A stretch of 25,911 nt of DNA from Promethearchaeota archaeon (GTDB lineage: Archaea > Asgardarchaeota > Lokiarchaeia > Sigyniarchaeales > SOKP01), in the NCBI GenBank assembly GCA_048938445.1, contig JBHLME010000052.1, forward strand, positions 1 to 25,911, written 5' to 3'. This document shows positions 1 through 10,226 of this stretch, piece by piece. Made by a program: the position numbers and the translations under genes. Under the pieces are notes generated by a model that did no database searches, was not told where the DNA came from, and saw nothing but the letters and a program-made list of their open reading frames with translations. Within the stretch, counting starts at the first letter, position 1, and every line of letters begins with the position of its first letter.

Positions 1-1280
1 AACTGGATCGTGAACGACTCCTCGCCAGCCAGTCCCGACCAGATACCACCATTCAGGGGTTCTGCCACGGTGCTGGTCAGCAGGTACTTGGTGCCGCCAT
101 ATTCGTACCACACCGAATCGAAATTAGGATCTGTTGCACTTGCTTGGACATTAAAAATCGAATTATGGTAGGTGCCATCATCAGGAGCATCAATATTCAA
201 TATCGGTTCAATAATGTCAATCCTTAGAATTAAATCTTTATTTGTTAATTCACCCTTAGAATCGTTAACATAAAATCTAATTGTGATAGTTCCATTTTCT
301 ATATTATCCCATAAAATTTGATCGAAAGGTTCATTATTCAGTTCATTAATTCCTCCTAAACTTAATGGAGTGGACATATCTCCCGTTTCAATGAATTCAT
401 GCCAAGTATAATTACCCACTCCTTCTTCAATTGTAATACTATAATCTATAGCTTGTTTTCCAACTAGTGAATAATTTGAAGGTGAAATAATTGAAAATTT
501 TGGAGGATCCCAAAAAATAGGCATTTCATCTTCACTGTTAGCAGAACCATCTATATTGACATAAGGTGTATCGCCAATATTATCATCATCAGCATCTTTA
601 TGGGTATAATCACTCCAATAATTACCAATAATGGTATTGTTCCATTTATTTCCCGTTCCATTATCATTACCATTTATTCCATTATCAATGAAACGGTTAT
701 TAAAAATGATATTATCTTGACAATCTGTGTCATTAATATATAATCCATATTGAGTATTATCTCTTATAATATTGTCTGAAATCGTAATATTTTTGCTATT
801 TATCAATAAAACTCCATTTTGATTGTTATTAAAACACGTATTATTTTTAAGGGTCCCATTTATTGAATTCTCTATTATGATCCCTCCTTTTAAAAGCCCT
901 GCTCCTGAATTGGAAACAGAACAATTTCTTATTATAAATTTAACATTATTAGAATTATTAATTAATATTCCAAAACTAGCACCATTTGCATCAATGGTAA
1001 CATTTTCGATGATATATGTATTTCCTACTTTATAACACCATGTTTCGTTTGTGTCGGTATAAGACCAATTATTATCAACGTGTATGAAATTTTCTATAAA
1101 TGATGCAGAATTTTTAGGAAAAATAATCTCAATTTCATTGTTATATTCTTTAGTATCAACTTGTTTTGTTGTATCCAAATTAATTTGAGAGACAAATACA
1201 ATGAATACAATTAAAAATGAGAAGAACAAATAAATCTTAAAATCACTTTTTACAAATTTTACTTTTAACCCTCTATACAT
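1..1280 (-). CDS. Secreted/surface protein: N-terminal hydrophobic segment, NosD/CASH parallel beta-helix, Ig-like repeats (runs off the window edge)
   Basis: Manually translated from ATG at 1280 with no stop to position 1. MYRGLKVKFVKSDFKIYLFFSFLIVFIVFVSQ, then YIIENVTIDANG..FIIRNCSV..GNYWSDY..DDDNIGDTPY (NosD-type signature) and TIRFYVNDSKG (Ig-like). Missing from the ORF track because it has no stop in the window. Confidence 0.85.
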   Translation of the reverse strand, partial: MYRGLKVKFVKSDFKIYLFFSFLIVFIVFVSQINLDTTKQVDTKEYNNEIEIIFPKNSASFIENFIHVDNNWSYTDTNETWCYKVGNTYIIENVTIDANGASFGILINNSNNVKFIIRNCSVSNSGAGLLKGGIIIENSINGTLKNNTCFNNNQNGVLLINSKNITISDNIIRDNTQYGLYINDTDCQDNIIFNNRFIDNGINGNDNGTGNKWNNTIIGNYWSDYTHKDADDDNIGDTPYVNIDGSANSEDEMPIFWDPPKFSIISPSNYSLVGKQAIDYSITIEEGVGNYTWHEFIETGDMSTPLSLGGINELNNEPFDQILWDNIENGTITIRFYVNDSKGELTNKDLILRIDIIEPILNIDAPDDGTYHNSIFNVQASATDPNFDSVWYEYGGTKYLLTSTVAEPLNGGIWSGLAGEESFTIQ

Positions 1281-1566
1281 TTTAAACCACCGTTTATTTA
1301 AAAACTGAATTTACTTGGATTATAATTAAATATCTTGATTTATAATTTACTAATTTGAAAACCCAAAATTTTTAATCGATTTTCGCTAGAATCACAATTT
1401 AATTAATTTAAGAATCATTTGGATTACTTATAAATGTTACATTTAAAATTATTCCTTTTTGTCGCTCGAAAAACGGGAAATCAAAACTTTAAAATGTCAT
1501 GAATAATTAGAGGAGAAATTAATAAAAAATAGAGGAATAAATTAAAAAACAATTTTATTTACAATA

Positions 1567-2592
1567 TTACCATCTATTAACTACTTTCTCAGCAAATCCT
1601 AAAATATTTTCTACATGGATCTTTTTTCCATCATCAAGGATGATATCTCCAGTAAAATACCCAAATACTTGATGCTGAATGGACCTTAATACTATTAAAT
1701 CAATTTTAGAACTTCTATCAAGAATGGGTTCCATCATCAATTCAAAGCGTCCATCGCTACTAGTAAATTTCCAAGGTTTTAAGTAATCTTTTGGATCAAT
1801 CTGGAAAGTAACATCTTCAATTTTATGACCCTTTCCATTATAAAAGATTATATTTTCACTTGCTCGTGATCTATCGCTAAATCCATATCCTAAATTCCAA
1901 CCAATTAAAGATCCATCATCAAGCTTTGCTGATGCCGACCCCCAATACCAAATACTTTTATATCTCCATACCCCTCGACCCCAATCTAAAACGCCAAAAC
2001 AATTTTTTGGATTAAAATCATATTTATTTTTCCCTAGAGTTACAATTCCTTGGGATGGCATGCAATTAACTTTCTGATTATAATAAAATTTAGTTGGTCT
2101 TTTTTTCCATGATGATAGAATAACCATCGTATCCATTAATGGATCTTGGGTTAAATTTAATTCGGCTTTAATTCCCATACCTTTATTAAATTTAGGATAA
2201 TCTACTTTTAAAATTCGCATTTCTTTCTTTCTTTCAAATGAAAGGGAAATTCCTTTTTTATTGACAATAATGTCTCCTTCTTCAGGAGTACGAGGTAAAG
2301 CTAAATTACCTCTTGTAAACCATAAAAGAATTTCATCAGAAATGCATGTTTTTTTCTTAAAATCTAGCCATGTAATTGCTATTATTCCTAAATATCCTAT
2401 ATCCGCAACGGTAAAAGTTATGCCATAATCCGGATGTAGTATAGCATAATAATCCCATTCCTTCATTCGAGGCCAACTATTCCAAATATACTCTTTATTA
2501 AAATTAAAAAGAATTTTTCTTGCCCAACCTTTCTGAACCAATTCTCCAAATGGATCCAATAAATCAGACGATTCTGTTATTTCATATTGCAT
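1567..2592 (-). CDS. DUF2804 family protein
   Basis: 341 aa with motifs KEWDYY, FYYNQKVNCMP, GVLDWGRGVW, WNLGYGF and QHQVFGYFTG, typical of DUF2804. Confidence 0.8.
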   Translation of the reverse strand: MQYEITESSDLLDPFGELVQKGWARKILFNFNKEYIWNSWPRMKEWDYYAILHPDYGITFTVADIGYLGIIAITWLDFKKKTCISDEILLWFTRGNLALPRTPEEGDIIVNKKGISLSFERKKEMRILKVDYPKFNKGMGIKAELNLTQDPLMDTMVILSSWKKRPTKFYYNQKVNCMPSQGIVTLGKNKYDFNPKNCFGVLDWGRGVWRYKSIWYWGSASAKLDDGSLIGWNLGYGFSDRSRASENIIFYNGKGHKIEDVTFQIDPKDYLKPWKFTSSDGRFELMMEPILDRSSKIDLIVLRSIQHQVFGYFTGDIILDDGKKIHVENILGFAEKVVNRW

Positions 2593-2731
2593 TTACATTT
2601 ATCACATTTATATTGATAATTAATAATAAAAAAAAATCATCATATTTAAATTAAAATTGAATGCTTTTAATTTAATATTTCAATTTATAGTGCTTAATAA
2701 ATTTTTTATCCTTTTCTAATTTTATTGTTAC

Positions 2732-2941
2732 ATGGTTGAATGTAATCAAGAAAAATTGAAAAATACTTTTTGTACGTGCACCTATAGCTGTTCAAGAAGG
2801 GGTAAGTGTTGTGAATGCGTGAAATATCATCTCGCTATGGATCAATTACCGGGATGCTTCTTTGCTAAAATCTCAAAAGATGCAGAAAGGACTTATGATC
2901 GAGATTTTGAATATTTTGCACGACTAGTTTTAGGGAAATAA
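2732..2941 (+). CDS. Small Cys-rich protein (DUF6485-like)
   Basis: CTCTYSCSRRGKCCECVKYH..LPGCFF..ERTYDRDFEYF pattern. Confidence 0.75.
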   Translation: MVECNQEKLKNTFCTCTYSCSRRGKCCECVKYHLAMDQLPGCFFAKISKDAERTYDRDFEYFARLVLGK

Positions 2942-2950
2942 TTGAAAAAA

Positions 2951-3282
2951 TATGACAACTGAAACCTATACCCGCGTTTCTGTACTATCTTCGTCACCGA
3001 ATGACAGTTATGGGCATCAAACTAAGCGGCCTACCTAAAGCAAGCTCCAAGTACTCTAAGCTTTCATTTGGCCTTGCACCAAGGTTTTAGCTCGTTCCAA
3101 CCATTCCCACCTACAATTTCTTTGGCTTTCCCAAGTCATTAATGTTAGTAAATGGGCAGTGTCGTTTCAGGTGCTAAATTACGGTTTTCACCGTAGTAGT
3201 TATCTACACCTTGCTTGGAGAGTGACGCGAGGTTCCTCAGTACTTTGAAAGCACCGTAAGCCCATCAGTTTCATTTGTCATA
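2951..3282 (-). ncRNA. rnpB: Archaeal RNase P RNA
   Basis: GC-richer non-coding island. Ends pair as P1 (UAUGACAA/UUGUCAUA, extended by GAAAC/GUUUC). CR-I GAGGAACCUCGCGU (3238-3225) pairs with CR-V ACAGAAACGCGGGU (2983-2970) as an 8-bp P4 with bulged U. Archaeal-type GCAAGGCCAAAU and AGGCCGCUUAG segments are present. Confidence 0.9.
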
Positions 3283-3358
3283 TATGATTAAGAACTGAAA
3301 TTATAAATAATTTTTTAAAAAAAATGAAAAAAAAAAAATCAAAATTTAAAGATTTTTA

Positions 3359-5491
3359 TTAAAGGATTACCGATAGGGCACTTAATAATCCCGCTCCAAA
3401 ATTAAATATTCCTGACATTATCAACCCTAAAAAGATAGTAGAAGTAAGTGACATTACCACGAGGAGTGTATTAATACTAGGTCCTGCTGTATCTTTAAAG
3501 GGATCTCCAACAGTATCTCCGGTTATTGCAGCTTTGTGAGCCTCTGTTCCTTTTCCACCTAAATTTCCATCTTCAATATATTTCTTGGCATTATCCCACG
3601 CTCCACCGCTATTTGACATGAAGATTGCAAATACGAAACCTGAAAGAATCGCTCCGGCCAAAAAGGCCCCTAATGCAGCTGCACCAAAGACCATTCCAAC
3701 AACTAAAGGAATAGCAATTGAAATGATACTTGGGATAACTAATTCCCTTAGTGAGCCTTTAGTTGCTATATCTATACATTTATTAAAATCAGCTGCTTCC
3801 TCTCCAGATAATATTTTTGGATTTTCTTCGAATTGTCGTCTAATTTCATCGACCATTTTGGCAGCATTTCGTTGTACTGCGAGAACTAAAAGGGCAGAAA
3901 ATAGAGCTGGCACTACAACACCAATAAATGCACCTATGAGGACATTCATAACAAGTAAATCCATTCGGCCTATTGTCGTTGGAGCCAACGCATTAGCTTC
4001 TTCAGCAAAAGCAAATAAAAAGGCAATTACTGTTAAATTTGCAGCACCTATTGCAAATCCTTTAGTTATGGCTTTTGCTGTATTTCCAGCAGAATCTAAT
4101 CTATCAGCTGTACGTATAATTTCTTCCCCTAAATCACCTTGCTCTGCTATACCCCTGGCATTATCGACGATTGGACCATAAGCATCATTAGAAACGATTG
4201 TCCCTACGATGGCTAACATTCCTACAGCGCCCATAGCTACTCCAAAAACACCACCAAGAATATATGTTAAGACCATAGCAACAACTATGCCCAATGCTGG
4301 AGGTACTACACTTATCAACCCATAAGCGAAGCCACTTAATATAACGACTGCGTGACCTTCTTGGGCAGCCTCTGCCATATTTCGAGTAGGTTTTCTATCA
4401 TCTCTAGTAAAATAGTCACTCGTAAATCCTATTATCATACCAGCAGCGAGACCAATAATAGAAGCGAGGTATATACGCCACAATAATATAATTCCAGGAC
4501 CATCTAATCCTATTGTCATTAATGAAATCAATATTGCAGCAATTCCAGCAAAAATAAGAGTAGCAACATAAGTACCAGTATTTAAAGCTTTTCCCGGTTC
4601 CTCAGAACCCTTATATCTTATGAATGCTATTCCTAATAATGAGGAAATTAAACCGCCACCACATAAAACAACGGGAGCAATAACAATTATATCTATTGTA
4701 GCAGGGTTTAAAGCAAGATTATCTATTGGTGTTTTTATCATTCCATATGCTACCGCTAATGATGAAGCTAAAAGCATTGCAGCTACTATAGATGCAACAT
4801 AAGAATCGAAAAGATCACTACCCATTCCTGCAATATCACCTACATTATCTCCCACATTATCAGCTATGGTTGCAGGATTTCGAGGATCATCTTCGGGAAG
4901 ATCATATTCTGCTTTCCCTACTAAATCTGCTCCAACGTCAGCGGTTTTAGTATAGATTCCTCCTCCGCATTTCATGAACAATGCAATACTGCTTGCCCCA
5001 AAACTAAAACCTAAAACAACATTTGGTTCTCCTGTAATCCAGTATACGACAGATACACCGATTAGAGCTATACCTACCACCATGAGTCCCATTACTGAAC
5101 CACCAAAGAAGGCAATGTCAAAACCCTTTTTAGTTCCTATAGTGCAACCTTGAGCCGCTCTAGTATTTGTTTTAACGCCAACTAGCATACCGAGAGCTCC
5201 AGCAACCATAGATCCACAAGCACCAATTATGTATGCAATCATCTGAGGCCAGGCTAAAGTGAGAGGATTCATAAAGAATAGTACTAGAATAGAAAGCCCA
5301 CCAACGAAAATTGCAAGAATCTTATATTGAACCTTTAAATACGTTTTTGCTCCTGATTCAATGTAGCCTGATACTTCAATCATTTCTTTGTTTCCGGGAT
5401 CTTCTTTTAAAACATTGTTAGCTAATACCACCGCTATTGATATCGATATTATACCTGCTATTATCGCAACGATTAAAATTATTGGAATCAT
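3359..5491 (-). CDS. hppA: Membrane-bound H+-translocating pyrophosphatase, predicted K+-independent
   Basis: GGGIYTKTADVGADLVGK, EDDPRNPATIADNVGDNVGD, GGAWDNAKK and GDTVGDPFKDTAGPS motifs. GNTAKA has Lys at the K+-dependence determinant position. Confidence 0.95.
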   Translation of the reverse strand: MIPIILIVAIIAGIISISIAVVLANNVLKEDPGNKEMIEVSGYIESGAKTYLKVQYKILAIFVGGLSILVLFFMNPLTLAWPQMIAYIIGACGSMVAGALGMLVGVKTNTRAAQGCTIGTKKGFDIAFFGGSVMGLMVVGIALIGVSVVYWITGEPNVVLGFSFGASSIALFMKCGGGIYTKTADVGADLVGKAEYDLPEDDPRNPATIADNVGDNVGDIAGMGSDLFDSYVASIVAAMLLASSLAVAYGMIKTPIDNLALNPATIDIIVIAPVVLCGGGLISSLLGIAFIRYKGSEEPGKALNTGTYVATLIFAGIAAILISLMTIGLDGPGIILLWRIYLASIIGLAAGMIIGFTSDYFTRDDRKPTRNMAEAAQEGHAVVILSGFAYGLISVVPPALGIVVAMVLTYILGGVFGVAMGAVGMLAIVGTIVSNDAYGPIVDNARGIAEQGDLGEEIIRTADRLDSAGNTAKAITKGFAIGAANLTVIAFLFAFAEEANALAPTTIGRMDLLVMNVLIGAFIGVVVPALFSALLVLAVQRNAAKMVDEIRRQFEENPKILSGEEAADFNKCIDIATKGSLRELVIPSIISIAIPLVVGMVFGAAALGAFLAGAILSGFVFAIFMSNSGGAWDNAKKYIEDGNLGGKGTEAHKAAITGDTVGDPFKDTAGPSINTLLVVMSLTSTIFLGLIMSGIFNFGAGLLSALSVIL

Positions 5492-5765
5492 GTTAATTTA
5501 TCACACATTTTTTTTAATTACAGCATTTAAGTTTGTATTTTTTTTTCAAAATTAAAAAAGATATATATGTTTTATACAGATTCCTTTAAAAATTTATAAA
5601 CATTTATATGATAATTATAAAACCTTTTCAGTAACTAATTTGTATTGATAAATATAATATCTTTTTAACAATAATGTAAATTTGACAAATTAAAGGAAAT
5701 TAAAAATAAAATAAACAAAAAAAATTAATGTATAGCTACATTTTTTCTATCATTAATTAAATATC

Positions 5766-6608
5766 TTATTCATGTGGCACATTTCCTTGTTCATAATAAA
5801 CTGGCAAAACTTGACTTTGTAATCGACGCCCTAAATTTCCACTGATTCCAAAAAAAGGTTCAAATTCTCTTATATATTCTAGTTCTTTTTTATTAGGTAG
5901 AGGAATCTTTTTCAATTCTTTTCCGAAATCTTCTGCTATCTTCAAATCCCATGGTACTAGTTTTTTAACTTCTTCAACAGTAGTTTGGGGAAATATCGCA
6001 TCAAGATAAATTTCTTTCGTTACTCCTTCAAATCTAAAAACACCTACTCTTGTAATTAAAGCACTAGGTCCTCCAGGCAAACCTGCTTTTTTTCTGGAAT
6101 CACCTCCAGTAAGCCATCCTGGTGTTGTTAAATAATCTAATTTTTCACAAAATTTTCCACCTACCATCGTATAAACCGTGCGATTTGAATGTCCTGCAAA
6201 TTCATTAGCTCCACCAGAACCTGGAAGCCTGAAATAAGACCTTTTCGACATATCATATTTTCCTATCACTGTAGAATTTATATTTCCAAATTTATCTATT
6301 TGAGCACAACCTAATATGCTTATATCTGCATAACCCTTATTTACAATAGTCGTGAATACATCCCATAAATCTATACAATATGAATAACCTATTGTTGATC
6401 CGGGATCACCAACACTTTCTAAATTTTGAATACAATCAATATCTATCATTCCTGCTTCTGTAAGGATAATAGAATTTGGAGCATGATTTTTTTTAGCAAT
6501 AGCTCCTGCGGCCATTGGAACCCCTTGACCAATGACACAAATTTCACCATCTTTAATTTCTTTCCCCGTGGTTAACACTAATAATTCTGTTCTCATGAAT
6601 TTATTCAT
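5766..6608 (-). CDS. Family I CoA-transferase beta subunit (glutaconate/3-oxoacid type)
   Basis: IGQGVP, TEAG (candidate catalytic Glu), LGCAQIDKFGNINST and RLPGSGGANE. Start at 6608 (MNKF), overlapping the alpha-subunit stop, is preferred over 6629. Confidence 0.85.
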   Translation of the reverse strand: MNKFMRTELLVLTTGKEIKDGEICVIGQGVPMAAGAIAKKNHAPNSIILTEAGMIDIDCIQNLESVGDPGSTIGYSYCIDLWDVFTTIVNKGYADISILGCAQIDKFGNINSTVIGKYDMSKRSYFRLPGSGGANEFAGHSNRTVYTMVGGKFCEKLDYLTTPGWLTGGDSRKKAGLPGGPSALITRVGVFRFEGVTKEIYLDAIFPQTTVEEVKKLVPWDLKIAEDFGKELKKIPLPNKKELEYIREFEPFFGISGNLGRRLQSQVLPVYYEQGNVPHE

Positions 6609-7650
6609 TATATAATTCCAACTCCCCATATTTTTCTGCTAATTCATTATACTGTTCTCTATTAAGACCTAATTTTGTACAAATTCCATCTTGCCAATAT
6701 AGTTTTTTATATCCTATGTTAATCGTATCACTCTTGTATTCATTCACTTTTAAAAGATCTAAGGGCTCTTTTCCATATCTCGAGATGTAATGATCTATGT
6801 AATCTTTACGATCAATTCTATCATATAACCATTCATTTAAAAAAGCCTCATTAGAATTTTGAGTAAGAGCATATGCAAAATATACTGAACGCCAATTAAT
6901 GTCGACATTATAATACCCTGCTAAACAGCTAGGATGTGCACCCCAAGGTTCTTCGACAATCGCATTGACTCTAAAACCAGGAACAAGCGTTAAAAAAGGA
7001 GAACGCTTGATTATTTCGTGGTCTACAATTTCTTCACATGAAACGATTATTTTTTTTGCCGATAAAACAGACCATTTGATAGTTCCCATACTTCCCCAGA
7101 ATTGAGCATTTCCGAATTGGTCACATCTTTGCACGTGAACAATAGCCACGTCAGGATTTAATGCCGGAACTAATACAGTTTCATTTCCTGTAAATGGACA
7201 GTTTATAACTTTAAATTTATTTTCTCCAACATGAGTTCTTATGCGAAATACATCCGATTCCATTACAGATTTTAATGTAGGCATGAAAGTGAATCCACAA
7301 GCACCTGCTTTAAGCATGCTATACATGGTAAAATTTGTATAATCCTCATATTCCACCGATTTATCCTTTAAAGCTCTATCCAACTCTCTATTATAGACTT
7401 TTCCTCCAGCTCGATGATAATATGAAGTGATTATTTTAGATAAACATCCTCCAGAAAGCATTAAGTCCAATTCTTCTATTGAGGAGCATGATACCGCAGT
7501 AAGGTTTTTTTTCTGTTGCCTAACTATCTCATGTACAATTGCATAAGGTGTTCCGTGTAAGAAATTAGCACTGACGATCATATCACCATCATTTACAAAT
7601 TTAAACACTGCATCTTTCATCGTCATTATTTTACTACTTGATAAACTCAT
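6601..7650 (-). CDS. Family I CoA-transferase alpha subunit (GctA-like)
   Basis: PYAIVHEIVRQQKKNLT, CPFTG..LVPALNPDVAIVHVQRCDQFGN and VEEPWGAHP. Translationally coupled to the beta subunit. Confidence 0.88.
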   Translation of the reverse strand: MSLSSSKIMTMKDAVFKFVNDGDMIVSANFLHGTPYAIVHEIVRQQKKNLTAVSCSSIEELDLMLSGGCLSKIITSYYHRAGGKVYNRELDRALKDKSVEYEDYTNFTMYSMLKAGACGFTFMPTLKSVMESDVFRIRTHVGENKFKVINCPFTGNETVLVPALNPDVAIVHVQRCDQFGNAQFWGSMGTIKWSVLSAKKIIVSCEEIVDHEIIKRSPFLTLVPGFRVNAIVEEPWGAHPSCLAGYYNVDINWRSVYFAYALTQNSNEAFLNEWLYDRIDRKDYIDHYISRYGKEPLDLLKVNEYKSDTINIGYKKLYWQDGICTKLGLNREQYNELAEKYGELELYNE

Positions 7651-8086
7651 AATTATCCCCTATTTTTTTAAAAAAACCTGTTAATACTTAGTAAAAAGTG
7701 TCATATAATTTAATTTTAGTCATTAAGATTAATTTAAAATTTTAATAATTAAATATTCTATAAAACTTGTATATATACTATGTTATCCTAGTATTTTGTA
7801 GGTGATATAGAGAAATATACAAATATACGTGAAATTTACGTTTCACGATTATGTAATTTATTATATTTTTATCAAATTATAAAAAGTAAATTATAAAAAT
7901 TGATGCAATAATCCTTTAATTCTTTAATTTATAAATAACAGCTAACCAAAAATATAGATTTAAAAGAATATAATTAAAATATATTCAAAAGAATGTACTT
8001 AATATATCAATAAATTTCAATTTCCGTGGATTCTAAAAATCAGACCGCAAGAAATGTATATCCACCTTTTAGTTACCTCAATTCCT

Positions 8087-8293
8087 TCAATATTCTGAAA
8101 ATCCTAAAATCGAATCGCAAGATGGACAACTCCACTTTTTGTAATTACCAGGGGTAAAGCCAAAAGGATTAATGGATTGCCCTTTAAAGGGATAATATTT
8201 CTTTTTTATATTGCCTTTCTTTTTCACCTTTTCTTTAATTTCAAAAAAATCTTCCAAGTTTATTTCAGTTTTACAATACGGACATTTTGGCAT
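8087..8293 (-). CDS. Small zinc-ribbon protein
   Basis: MPKCPYC...WSCPSCDSILGF, two CxxC pairs. Confidence 0.7.
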   Translation of the reverse strand: MPKCPYCKTEINLEDFFEIKEKVKKKGNIKKKYYPFKGQSINPFGFTPGNYKKWSCPSCDSILGFSEY

Positions 8294-8524
8294 TTTTTAT
8301 AATCAATTTGTTTAATTTAATTATAATTATCTAAATCTTTTTGATTTATTAAAGGATGTGGTAAATTTTTGAAGTATAATTTCGATATTATTAATCTTTT
8401 TTTCAAGAAATATAAAATATAAACTAAACTCATTTAAGGATTCTAAAATTTTAGTCTACAATTAAATTTTTAAGATTAGATATCAAATAAATATTAATAA
8501 ATCATATAAATAAGGTCAATTTAA

Positions 8525-9448
8525 GTGGAAGAATATAAATGTGAAGTCCTAATAATCGGAGCAGGTCCAGCAGGCTTAAGTGCAGGAGTATATTGTGGGA
8601 GGGCTGGTAGAGATACCATTATCCTTGAGGGTAAGGAACCTTCTGCTTTAGAAAAGGCAAAAGAAGTGAAAAACTATTTAGGTTTTAAAAATATTCATGG
8701 TCCAAAACTTTTAGAAGAATTCAAGGAACATGCCATGAGTCATAAAAACGTTCGCATTATCAGAGGTGATGTCATATCATTATTAGTTGGAATGGGAATG
8801 AATATGATCTCAACTAGAACTTCAAATATCACGGCTGATGCATTGATCATCGCTACTGGAGGAGGAAAACGTAAGGAACAGATAAAAGGTGAAGATAAAT
8901 TGATAGGTTATGGAGTCTCTTATTGTGCATTATGCGATGGTCCATTATATAGAGAGAAAGAGGTTGTTCTTTATGGATCGGATGAAGAAGTCCTTGAAGA
9001 TGCTATGGTTTTGCAACAAATGGGATGTCTTGTTAAGATCATTTCAGAAAAAGCAATTGAAGAGTTCCCCGAAAATGTTAATAAAGTTCAAGAAAAGGGG
9101 ATTGAAATTTTTGATAAAATGGAAATAATAGAAATAATTGATAATCAACAAGGGCAGATTGAAAAAATTATATGTAAAAACGTTGATTCAGAGGAAACTC
9201 GAGAATTTGATTTGGATTGTTTATTTATATTATCTCACATGCCCTCAAATACAATGTTCAAAAAAGCGGGAGTTGATTTAGATGAAAAAGGAAATATCAA
9301 GATCAACGAAGACCAAGAAACAAATATTAAAGGAGTTTATGCAGCAGGAGATGTTACTGGTGGTTTATTTCAAGTTGCTTTTGCTGTAGCGGAAGGCGCT
9401 AAAGCAGGTATCAATGCGAGTAAATTTTTAAGGTCTTTAAAAAAATAA
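8525..9448 (+). CDS. trxB: Thioredoxin reductase-like flavoprotein
   Basis: IIGAGPAGLSA (FAD), IIATG, GVSYCALCDG (redox CxxC) and TNIKGVYAAGD. GTG start. Confidence 0.9.
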   Translation: MEEYKCEVLIIGAGPAGLSAGVYCGRAGRDTIILEGKEPSALEKAKEVKNYLGFKNIHGPKLLEEFKEHAMSHKNVRIIRGDVISLLVGMGMNMISTRTSNITADALIIATGGGKRKEQIKGEDKLIGYGVSYCALCDGPLYREKEVVLYGSDEEVLEDAMVLQQMGCLVKIISEKAIEEFPENVNKVQEKGIEIFDKMEIIEIIDNQQGQIEKIICKNVDSEETREFDLDCLFILSHMPSNTMFKKAGVDLDEKGNIKINEDQETNIKGVYAAGDVTGGLFQVAFAVAEGAKAGINASKFLRSLKK

Positions 9449-9472
9449 TTTTAATAATAATTTAAAAGGTTA

Positions 9473-10030
9473 TCATGGAGACCAATATAGTTTATATTGA
9501 GTTTCATCGTCTCCTTCCCAGGATTTTTTCAAGAACTCATAATTCACCATTTTCTTAATGCATATTTCGATGGCTCCTTGCATCCACCCCATGTTTGAAT
9601 AAAAAATCATTTTAAATTTATTTTCAAAATCACGTGAAGTTATAAGTATTTCATTGTTAGAGAGCCATTCTATTGTTAAAGTGCCAAAATTATACATCAT
9701 CCTTTGAAATCGAGGATACTTCTGTATCAGTTTTTTAACATCTCCCTCAGCAATGAGATTTCTATAAATGGTATTCATTGCTTTTATACCAAATTCGCGC
9801 CCCCATTGTATAACTGTTTTAGTATTGTTCTTTGCAATTACCTTAATTAAGGCATCATATAGTTCAATATAAATGTTATAGGGATACCATATGGAAGTCA
9901 AAATACGCTGATTTAAGAGATCCTTTGCCTCATCCGAAAGTATCTTGTTGTATTCATCTATATGAGCTTTATCCGATCTAATGCCTATTATAATATCTTT
10001 TAATGCCGTTCCTTTTACTTCACGCTTCAT
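9473..10030 (-). CDS. Hypothetical protein, probable HNOB/V4R-like (DUF2378-like) fold
   Basis: EVKGT..ILTSIWYP..WGREFG..YNFG..GWMQGAIE..GDDETQYKLYW pattern. ATG at 10030 (MKREVKGT) preferred over 10078. Confidence 0.6.
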   Translation of the reverse strand: MKREVKGTALKDIIIGIRSDKAHIDEYNKILSDEAKDLLNQRILTSIWYPYNIYIELYDALIKVIAKNNTKTVIQWGREFGIKAMNTIYRNLIAEGDVKKLIQKYPRFQRMMYNFGTLTIEWLSNNEILITSRDFENKFKMIFYSNMGWMQGAIEICIKKMVNYEFLKKSWEGDDETQYKLYWSP

Positions 10031-10226
10031 TTTAAATCTCTTTAATAAAAAATCTTTCTTTAAATTAAACCTAATCACAAAATGAAAAAAAATGTATTAA
10101 AATTTGTGGATAATGATATTTACTCGTTACAAAAGTTCAAAAAAGAATTTAGTTTGATAATTAAATAATATGAGCATATCACTCTCTATTATGAAACTAT
10201 TATGCACATATTATGATCGAAATATC

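Noticed and set aside
823-1035. 70-aa plus-strand ORF
   Set aside because: Antisense to the NosD-domain gene.
3585-4802. Plus-strand ORFs of 198 aa and 60 aa
   Set aside because: Antisense shadows of hppA.
8020-8089. Two in-frame TGAs after the zinc-ribbon gene (TGA AGG AAT TGA GGT AAC TAA), suggesting Sec or Trp recoding
   Set aside because: TGA ends other genes here (9473, 21625), TGG is used for Trp, and the downstream GTGGAT/ATCCAC stem does not fit a SECIS core.
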